This document shows, piece by piece, positions 36,364 to 46,723 of a stretch of DNA of 64,000 nucleotides. The position numbers and the translations under genes were made by a program. The notes beneath the pieces are model-generated. The model was not told the origin of the DNA, made no database searches, and was given only the letters and a program-made list of their open reading frames with translations. This stretch comes from Hydrolagus colliei (taxonomy: Eukaryota), in the NCBI GenBank assembly GCA_035084275.1, contig CM068746.1:15934001-15998000 (forward strand). Direction: 5' to 3'. Positions within the stretch are counted from its first letter, which is position 1. Each line of letters begins with the position of its first letter.

Positions 36364-37616
36364 TTCTAGATGTCTCAAAGAGCCTCACAGAATATACTGT
36401 AAACTGTAAAGACTGTATATTTGTGGGCGAAACGCGGCAGCCAATTGTGCACAGCAGTCTCCCACAAACAATCGTGGATTGAAATGACCAATTTACTATC
36501 GCTTTTTTTGAGAGATTATTATTATTATTAGGCATAGTAAGGAAACGAGCCCAAGGTTTCGTCCTGCCTGGAATTGAACTGAGGTCTCTCACTTGTAAGG
36601 CGAGTGCTCTGACCACTTTGGTATAGGACTCCACACTCCTGAGGTACAGGAATTTGTTTGAATTAAATTTGAAAGAGCATTTGAACACCGTAATTAAATT
36701 ATGTATCTGAAAATCAATTTCAAGGTCCTCGTCTTATACATCCCTTCATGCTCAGTATCACATTATCTTTCCGATCTCCTCCTGGCTCAATCCTCTCCCT
36801 GTACACTCTGATCAGCTAACTTGTGCGTGTTGCAGATCCCCTGTTCTACCTGTGCCATTATCAAATGCCAGGTTTTTCAAGTCTACACTCAACCTCTGGT
36901 ATTCCCTCCCCTCAATTTACCGTTTTGACCTTGCCTAAGGTTCTCTCCTTACCCTCTCCCCTCCCACACTTACCCGCATCAAAGCCAGTTTTTCTTTTGT
37001 TGAATCGTGATTTGAATTCGAGTTATTACTGAACATTGCAAGATTGGTCTGGTTGAAGAAGGTCCTTCGAGCCATCCATTCGAAACATGGACACAGGATA
37101 TTGAGCATTATAGGGTTACAATTTCTGTCTTGTATTGTATGGTGCGTAACTGAGAAATACCATTCTGGCTAACATTGCCAAAGGTATGTCAGGCTGGTGC
37201 AGTTAGCTGTCTCTCTGAGTCACAAGTTTGTGGCTTCAAACCTCGTGTCAGGATTTTGAACTCATAGTCGTGTTGTTGTATTGTTGGAGGTGTCATCCTT
37301 CAGATGATGCATTAAACTGAGATCCCATCTACCTGTTCAGATGGACATTAAAGATTCTATGGCACTATTTAACAAAAGAAGGGAACTTCTTCTGGTATCC
37401 TGGCCTGAAATAAAATTGATCTTTCCGTTCATGGTTTTTTGAGGGATACAGTTCAGTACAAATGCATTGCCAAATTCACCTACACATGCAGTAATATCCT
37501 GGGAAGCCATTTGAGACATTCTCCTGACGTGAAAGGCACACTACCAAATGCAAAATTATTATGTTGAATGGAATTTTTACCCATGCATTGCTTTTACCAA
37601 TGTGGCATATCTGTAG

Positions 37617-38240
37617 AACAACAACAACAAAATTACACTTATGAGTGCCTTTCATGTCAGGAGGACGTCCCAAAGCGCTGAAAGTCAGGTGGGATCCGAG
37701 CAGGAGGTGGGGTGGTGGGGGGTGGGGTCGGGATAGGGGGAAGGAGAGTAGGAAAGTGGGGAGAGTTAGGAGGAGAGCAGAAGGCACGATTGAAGAGGAA
37801 GGTCTTGAGGCCGGCCTTGAAGGAGGAAAGGGAGAAGGTGAGGCAAAGGGATTGCGGGATGGAGTTCCAGAGTGTGGGGAAGAGAGGCTCAAAGCCGATG
37901 GTAGGGCGGTTCGGGCGGGGTACGTGGAGCAGGCCAGAGCCCGCTGAATGGAGGGGACGGGCAGGCTAATAGGGAGACAACAGGTCAGAAAGATAGGTGG
38001 GGGCAAGGCCGTGAATGGCCTTGAAATTGAGGACGAGGATCTTGAATTCGACCCTCTGGGGGATGGGGAGCCAGTGGAGACGGGCGAGGCTGGGAGTGAT
38101 GTGGTCGGGGAGCCTAGTGCAGGAGAGTACATGAGCTGAAGAGTTCTGCATAATCTGCAGCTTGTGAAGGGAGGAGCTGGGAAGACCGACGAGGTTAGAG
38201 TTCCCGTAGTCGAGCCTAGATGTGATGGATGCGTGGACTA
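37617..38240 (-). mobile_element. L2 LINE 3' fragment
   Basis: VHASITSRLDYGNS...LHWLPIPQRVEFKIL; very similar to 17177-17800. Confidence 0.92.
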
Positions 38241-39229
38241 TCACAAAGTTTGCAACAATCAGTACACCAACACAGGTAAGGTAATTGTGAAAGAGTTTTA
38301 TTTAGAAACCTCACAGAGGCAAAAGATACACATATACACTAAAGATACTATAAGTAATATTTCTCATTTGAAAACCGATATCATCAAAGTATGCAGAACT
38401 AGAGTACTCTGGCTAAAGTATTTTTCAGTGTTCACACAAATTGAGATTTAGCATTAAACAATCTTAAAACTTATTTTTAACATTTTTTCCCTACCTGCTT
38501 TCAGGATTGTAAAATTGTTGTAATTTGCCCATTGAATGTAATAAAAGGGGGGATAAAAACAAATTTAATGGAGTGTTTAATTACAACTTTAATTTTTATT
38601 TTATAGTTTATTTTATATGGTAAACTTTATTTTCTAAACTGTTCAAAGTGGGACTGGTGTTACGGTGGGTTGTTAACACTATTGTTTCACCTCCAGATCT
38701 CTGTTAGAAGGTCAGAATGAAACAGTGCCAATCTCTTCTCTCTGCCACACATAAATGTATATGACACAAGTCTGCCCAATAACCATTGGTTCATGGCATA
38801 ATATTACTTGTAATTTTGCAACAGGATTGAAATAACGTGTCTTCATGAAAGTTGGCGCCAAGATTTTGTCCAAGTGATAACACATGTGGGATTCTCTGTT
38901 TACTAATCATTTTGCAAGTCTCAATACCCCAATATCACGCCAACAAACTACAAAGGCTTCAGTTGTAAGAAATAAAAATTGCAGTCATGTCCTACGGATG
39001 CTCTTTTGCAATTAAATTGGGGGTAGTTGAGAGAGATTTGCTTTGCATCTGATGCTGCCATACCTGACTTTGGAGTGCTTAAAGCTGACACTGGATTCTA
39101 AAGTGGAATATTGTTCCATGCTCCAGCTCTGACATTTCATTTACTGGGCAATTAAAAGAAATTACAAATTCATAATATTACTAACAAATTAACAATATTT
39201 TCTCAGCAATACTACAGATCATTAACAAA

Positions 39230-39650
39230 GTGTCAGCATGGCTCAGTTGGTAGCACTCTTCTTTTGGATCAGAGTATTGTAGGTTCAAGCCCCACACCAG
39301 GACTTGAATCCTTAATCTAAGATGACAGTTCAGTATTATGGACATACAGTATTATGTGCATGTTGCATTATTGGAAAAGTTGTCCTTTGGATGAGATGTC
39401 AACCCAAAATAATGTCTTCTGGTTCAAGTAGTCTGTAAAGATCCAATATATAATTTTGAAACATAAAGTTCTCACTGTGCCTTGGCTACTGTTCCTCCCT
39501 CAATCAAAATTCAAGAAAAACAGATTAACTTTGCTCATTCATCTCACTGCTGTTTGAGATGTTGTTATAGTAGAGACGCTGTTGTGTTTGTCTGCCTAAT
39601 AGTCATTGCAAAATGTGCTTTGATGTGATAAGACACTATATCAAATTTAA
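39230..39650 (+). mobile_element. Older, diverged tRNA-headed Deu-domain SINE (related pieces at ~37195-37430 and ~28995-29130)
   Basis: ggctcagttggtagcactct head, ggttcaagccccac, cctttggatgagatg, ctcactgctgtttg core. Confidence 0.65.
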
Positions 39651-42600
39651 CATTTCCAAGTGCAATAGAACTGAAAAAAATCCTTACATTTTGTCACAAA
39701 ACCTAAATAAATCTGTTTGTAATTTCCAGCTCCATAATCCTTAAAAGAGATAGCGGTGAACATCAGTGGCAAATACCATGCTGTCCTTCAATTGATCTTG
39801 AAATGTGAAGCATTCCATATGCATGTCAATTATTCTGATATGACAATATCATATTACATCAGTAGCTCCATATCAAAAATATTGAATCAATATTGTTTCA
39901 AAAAATGTTTTTCTACAAACCATCCAACACTCTAACCTTAAAATAACAAAAGATGCAATCGACTTTGCAAAATTACTTTCATATTGGCTATTTACAAAAT
40001 TAATAAATAAACAGCAGTCCCTCTCTGTATAATATCCTGCTTTAATTTGCACGATGCAAGTATCAAAAATCATTTAGAAAAAAATTACATTTTTGCACTG
40101 ATATCATTTTAAGTCCAATACTTTGTCAATGTTTGTGTTGACATTTACCAAAAATTTATAACAGATGAAAGTAATCAATTTGAACTTAATAATTTTCAAC
40201 AATCAAAGCAAATGACATATAGAATATTTCAATCCTCTTGTAGGATTCAAAGTTCCTAATTTAACTAAAAGCAACAGAAACATGGTGCAACTGTGCATGG
40301 CTATAGTTCTAGAGATTACATTACTTTGCTTACTTTGCATAAAAAAATGAAAAATTTTAAAGGCCTAGTTTTGGAATGCTAAAACACTTACATAACAGAT
40401 CATGGGTACAAAAATAAAAGTGGACTTTATTTTACACACATTTTGAAATATTTTGAATTGTTTGAGAAAGAATATATGGAAGACAATGGTACAGCATAAT
40501 TTGAGAAAGTAAAGCACATTATACTATCCTACATATTATATACTGCTCTGCCCAAGTAGGGAACTTAAGTATTGTATTCAAAATACAAGAGCTGAAAACT
40601 ATGGCCAAAATAAAAAGCTTAAATCTACATCTGCTCTATATGCATATGAATATCTTACCAGAAATCATGCTATTTTCTTTAACAGTTTTTTTTATTCCTT
40701 ATTTTTTAACATCAAGTACTTCACAAAAGTAAAAACAAATAGCACCTTGGTATTGAATAGATTATAAGTATTGCTTAAGTGAATAATTTATAGCCTGTAT
40801 ATTGAATTTAGGGTGCAATTCATAGTGAGAAGCTGGTTGAGGGTTATATTGTAATTCAAGATTTATAGCAAAATCTTTTTCAAAATCATTTTGTTTCAAA
40901 ATTAACAATGTGATGACTGTTTAAGCAATGAATATAGTTTATATTTAGAAAGGTTATAATTTTTTTGATCCAGAAGTAATTATTTGCAAATGAAATGTCA
41001 TTGTTACTAAGAAGAGATTAAATAGCTCATTTTAGCTCAACATTTTACAAACATTGAAGAGGCGATGGTCTGGAAACTGGTATTCTAATGGGATTAAAAA
41101 GAAACACAGCAGATACTAGAAATCTGAAATAAATCTGTGTTGGAACTTCAGGGATCAATTGAAAGTTAAGGTTAATGCTTCAGGTACAAACTTCACTGCA
41201 TTTCTGTTTCCCTTTTTTTAAACAAAATTAAAACAGTATTGTGCTTTTTTAAAAAAAAAGATGCACTGCTGTCTCACATTTTGAAGTTCAGTTATAACTT
41301 ACTTTCTCACAAAATACATTTTTGTCAGAGGAATTTCCAATGACATGTTTAGAGTGTAGGGGAGAATTAGACTTGAATAAAACAAATGTTTCTAAAAAGC
41401 CAATTGATTTATGCCAGTTTATTTTTCTTCTTGCTGTTTTTTAGCCTCATCCATCCTAAAGACTGCAGTCTACACACTTGGGTATATTTTGAAAGCAGCA
41501 GCAGCCTAACAGTACCCCACCCAACTGGCTTTCCTTTATCTGTGAGCCTGGTCAGTGAGCCAATCTACTGCAGGGGACTTCATAGCCAAAGATAATCCTG
41601 TCCTAATCTGACCTACACACACACACAAATGCACACACCCACGCACACAGGAAGTGAGAGCCCTAGCCAGTTTTTTCTTTTCTATTCCAGAAATACTGAG
41701 GCTCCTGTTCCCCCTTGCCTCCTCCCTGGATGAGATCAACAAACTTTTTTTGGTCAGCTGGGTGAACAAATACATGTGGAAAACCAACACAGTGCTAAAG
41801 CATATCCATTCTAGACAAGACTGATTTCACTTATGTATGCCAGTTAAACATGAGGTGTTCCTGTGTCTGGAATGGGAAGCGCATCTCTCCTGGAGGGTTC
41901 ACAGCCCTGCTTTCTAATCCCAGAAACTATTAGTTGCAGGTTGGCGAGAGCTCAGTTCCCGGAGTCTGAGCATAGTGGGTACTGCAGGTGTTTAACCAGC
42001 TAAAACATATCTTGCAATTGAGTGCACTATCTGGCAAGTTCCCTGCTGCTTGTCTATCTAGGATCACTCTGCCCCCAAGGGTTTTGGCTTGCTGTATTAG
42101 CAGCAGCCAAGTGGGCAGGTTAACCCTCCAAATCCTGCTAATGAACCAGGCTGGCTGAGCTGTCATCAGCAGCACTCTTGAGTATTGCAGACTCACCTGG
42201 CTCAGGAACTGGAGAGCCTATACAGCCACACCACAGAAGGTTAACTCGATTTTGCCAAATGTGTCACTTTGAGACAGTTCAGTTCTGAGACTTCTCTCCC
42301 TCACCCCCCCTACCTCCCTCCACCTATCTCTCCAGGAGAATAATCAGTCATTACTTTATTAGTTACCACAGCAGACCAACCATTAGAATCATCCTGATCT
42401 TTATGGTTAGGTACAACCCCATTTGCTACTTGATGTTGTGTTTCCAATGATCTTTGGAGGAGATGAGCTTCCAACCGGGCTTTGAATATGATTTATACTG
42501 TATTTTGTTTAATGTTAAACGATGATACTTACAACTCCGTATCCTGCCTCAAATATATTACCAACTAGGGGTGGCAATTTATCCCTGCATAGGAAATGTC

Positions 42601-42674
42601 TGAATCATGCAGTGCCTTATCACATTGTTGAGACATCTCAAAGCACTTCACATCTCAAAGTGCTGTAAAATATA

Positions 42675-43016
42675 TAATAATAATAATCCTTGCATTTGAT
42701 ATAGCGCTTTTCACATCTTATCGACGTCCCAAAGCGCTTCACAGAATATACTGTAAAAAGTGAATTGACTGTAAATTTGTGGGCGAAACGTGGCAGCCAA
42801 TTGCACACAGCAGTGTCCCACAAACAGTCATGGATTGAAATGACCAATTTTATTATTGTGGGTTTCTTTGGATGGATTATTATTAGGCGTGTGGAGTATG
42901 GAAACTTGCCCAAGGTTTCGCCCTGACCTGCCTGGATTCGAACACAGGTCTCCCCAGCTTGGTCTCCCCAGCTTGCAAGACAAGTGCTCTAATCACTAAG
43001 CCACAGGAGCTCCACA
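42675..43016 (-). mobile_element. tRNA-headed Deu-type SINE with the same 14-bp duplication as 10499-10838
   Basis: ggtctccccagctt x2; near reverse complement of 10499-10838. Confidence 0.9.
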
Positions 43017-44807
43017 AGCCATAGGTGCTCCACATTGTAAAGTGAACTGACTGTATATTTTGGGGGGCAAAATGTGGCAGCTAATTGCTCACAGCAGTGT
43101 CCCACGAGCAGTCATAGATTGAGTGACCAAATTATTATTATTTAATTAACATGATAGAATTTCACATTACTCACATGGATATGCATTCATACACATACAG
43201 GTATATGTACACTGGATAGCCAGTGATTGATTTGGTGCATTCCTATCAATTGCATCTCCAACAAGAATTAAATCACACCAGTGATGCTAGTATACATTAC
43301 AGCAATTAACCTGGATTTAAATCCTCGATTCCTTCGCAGGTATCTTACTCCTCTACAACATCAGAAAGAAGCACATTCCCCCCATAAGACAACAGTTTAG
43401 TTGAAGACGCCTCTTTATCAGAACTTGAAGTATTTGGACACATTATTCTGCTTCCTCCCCTCCTCCAGCTGCCAATAGAATGATTTGACACCAGAAGAAA
43501 ATACTATAGCAGAAATACCTCTGTGCTCCTGTGAAACAGTTTAGTTTCTGAATAGGGATAGTCACATATGCTCTCACAGTAACGGGTTTGAGCAAAATTC
43601 AGGTTTCCAAGTTCCAGATTTGCAGTTTGGACCTCGTGCTTATCACTTTAACAGCTCAGCAATGGTCCCAGTAATGAACAATAGATCTACCTGTGCTCTA
43701 TATGCCTTTCTACTGCTGGCATACACTCCACTTGTTTGGTTCACTGTGTGGAGCTTTGTACGAATCTGGAGTAATCGTGGGGACATTTGTACTGTTTCAT
43801 GACATTTTCTCTTTGAAACATTGCAAATTTCCACCTCCGAACTTCCTAAAGCCTAATCATCTCCATTCTGCTCCATACAAATTCCATCGTAAAGTTGTCC
43901 AAACAACACTACCTGAAGCAATGACCAGTCTGCAGACTGAATATGTGCTGTAGAAGTTCTCCGATAGTGACTGGTTTTAATGAAAGAGAAACTGGGGTTA
44001 GGGCAAAATGAAAATGGATGATTATCCAATTTCATTCATATTAAATTAGCTGGGCAGATATTTGTTGTGATGATAGTGTTGACATTTATATGCAAACTTC
44101 ATATCGAGAGGATTATAGCATCTTGATAATGTTAATGAAATACTTGAGATCAGGCAATGCATTTAAAGCTTACCATGTTGATTGATGACTGTCATGAAAT
44201 TCATGACTATCTGTTCAAAGCCTTTTAAACTGCAGACAGCAAAATTGATATTACTTGCACTGACAACACACAAGAGGGCAAATATTGAAAGGTAGTCTGA
44301 CATTGCTCTGTGTGTCATCTACTTAATCTGCTTTCATAAAGTAATCAACATCAATAAAGACTTCATCACCCTCAAAAGTATATTATTGCAGAAGCATGAT
44401 TAATGTAATAACAATATTGACAAGTAAATGTATGATAATCGCATTGAAAAATTATTTTGTTTCTTTATCACTGGCCCTTAAAGTAGTCCACATGTATTGA
44501 GCAGCTAATTGTTACATAGGCTCCTGGTAGATGAATTTGAAACTCCTTGTTAGATCAACATTTTACACCAGTGTGCTGTAAACGTCACTTGTTCCCCTCC
44601 AAGAAGATATCAAAGGTCTTGAAAACATGTGTATTCTACAAAATGGCTGATCTAACAAAGGTACTGTTCTATAATGTCTGTTGTGGTCATCAAAGCAATT
44701 CTGAATGTAGAAATGACTGTCTTATAGAACGATTCAGTGGTGAACAGACTCTTCAGCTACTTTAAGCATGTTGTGGTAGCCATCCCATTGTTCATTTCTC
44801 TTGTATT

Positions 44808-44873
44808 TCATATTCTGTAATTTCTGTTGACACTACTGGTATTACCTCGGCTAGAGTTCTTCAAGACAGTTTC
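44808..44873 (-). CDS. IGF1: IGF1 last coding exon (Ea peptide end; mammalian exon 6 equivalent)
   Basis: ttatag|GAA ACT GTC TTG AAG AAC...AGA ATA TGA = ETVLKNSSRGNTSSVNRNYRI*, vs human EVHLKNASRGSAGNKNYRM*. Confidence 0.93.
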   Translation of the reverse strand, partial: ETVLKNSSRGNTSSVNRNYRI

Positions 44874-45608
44874 CTATAATAATCAAGAGGAATGACATTA
44901 AGGAACATAATATATAACATCTGAAGTGTGTTGGATCATAGTTCTTCTTTATACCTGTGTGCCACATAACATAAGACTCATCATAAGAAATAGACAATTC
45001 TAATGATTCAGAATTCCACATAAATGTGAAAGCTCTCCCATTAAATGTGCTTTGGTATGTCATTAGAGCACCAATACATTATAGCCATTCCCTCTTAGAT
45101 GAGATCCCACCATGGAGAGGAAGCAAGCAGAGGCCAGGCACATCCCACGGGTACAGGAAAAGATACTGACAGTCAAGCCTTGACTGCCTTTACACATGTT
45201 CTAGAGGCCGCATACACAGTGGCATCAGCCTGTCCTGGCAGCAGGTTGCCTCCTGCTTATGAACGATACAAAGACCAAGGAAAGAGCTGGAGAAAAGCAC
45301 TTCAGAAAAAGAGAGAGCCTTACTTCCAATACAAACTAAACTACCTGCTAATTCAAGTTATTTGTTTTTGAATAAATTCAATTAAAACATTTTACATTGC
45401 TCTCAGCAACGGCCACTCAGTTGCGTTTGACATCTTTCAGAAAGAAAAGTAAAGTGGACATTACATCTATACAGGTTAACATCAGAGTTTGATATAGAGT
45501 TGCACATTAATGTAGGCACATGGTACATTTTAGCAGATAAGTGGAACACAATGATCTTAATTAATACTGGGGTGAAAACAAAATGTTAATAACAGTGCAG
45601 TTGCTCAC

Positions 45609-45643
45609 CTCTTTGTTTTTCTGCCAACTAATTGCTTTATATT
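45609..45643 (-). CDS. IGF1: Candidate 35-nt alternative IGF1 cassette exon (exon-5-like)
   Basis: ttctctgttttcag|AATATAAAGCAATTAGTTGGCAGAAAAACAAAGAG|gtgagc; open in phase 0: NIKQLVGRKTK(R). No transcript evidence. Confidence 0.45.
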
Positions 45644-46556
45644 CTGAAAACAGAGAATCTCAAAATTAACTGTGAAAACCCTTAAGGCTTTTCAGATACG
45701 AGGCAATAATCGATGGGGTAATTTTTCTCTGGTCAGTAAAAGTGGCTTGTAATCTTGAAATTGACTATTACACTGGCTGATGGCTGAACACAGGAAGATC
45801 TTGGCGCTAACCAACATATAGTATCAAGATACTGTAATTAGAGACAGGAGAAGCACAAGATTTTCAGAAAGAGGATATTTCAAACTGATAAATTTAGCAG
45901 TGAACAAATCTACTAATGTATTCCCAAAGTGGCTTTGTTATCAATTAAACACTAGGCAAAGCCAATGGAGACATTTAGATATCTATTTCCTTCAAAATAT
46001 CAATATGTCTGAGAAGTTAATGCTATGATTTTCATCTCCATCTCACTACTATGCTAATGAGTTTGGGTCAGTAGCTATATCATTATTCATTATTTGCCTC
46101 TTGTGGATCATCCAGCAGTGGGGTGGGGAAGAGTTAAATGGCTTAAGGGAAGGAAGAAAAGGAGAAATTGGTCAAGAAAATTGGTGACTCCATGTGCTAT
46201 TTCATAATTATCTGTTAATAAACATTACTTATATATTTCTATGGAATAGATTCCCATTGGATCCTGGGAAAATGGGAGTGTAGCCTTTCTGTGTGAACAA
46301 GTTAAAGATCAATAACATGAATAATACAATATATCTGGTGGATCTATGAGCTTGAGATTTTACATATTGCAAACATTTCACACAGCACCTTCACCTCAGG
46401 ATTACAATTCTCTTCCACAAATAATATTAAGTGTTTTTAGTGGATAACCATGAGAGATCGGATGATGATACAGTTCAAAGCCCAAGATTTTTTTTAAAAA
46501 GATAGTATTTTTTCTCTATCTATTACAGGATGAAGTCAGATCTGTTTCTTCCTTAC

Positions 46557-46723
46557 CCTTTGTCCTTTATCACTGTGGGGTTGTGTGCGTGCAGACGCCT
46601 CTGGCTTTGCTGGTTTTGCACAATACATCTCCAACAACTTGAGATCACAGCTCTGGAAGCAACATTCGTCCACAATCCCTCTATTTGCCCGCCTTGTAGT
46701 AGGCCTGTAGCCTGTCGGTTTGT
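46557..46723 (-). CDS. IGF1: IGF1 exon encoding C, A, D domains and E start (mammalian exon 4)
   Basis: atcacag|AC AAA CCG...CAA AGG|gtaagg. 167 nt, (N)[55 protein letters not shown]. Confidence 0.97.

Larger units (their letters stand above)
34768..36634 (-). mobile_element. Deu-type SINE split by a nested insertion (tail 34768-34815; remainder 36364-36634)
   Basis: The two halves join to give the consensus ...cacatcttctagacgtctcaaag... Confidence 0.88.

Noticed and set aside
46536-46556. Read-through of the IGF1 A-domain exon into the intron (VRKKQI*) as an isoform
   Set aside because: Good donor AGG|gtaagg and nothing in the sequence supporting intron retention.
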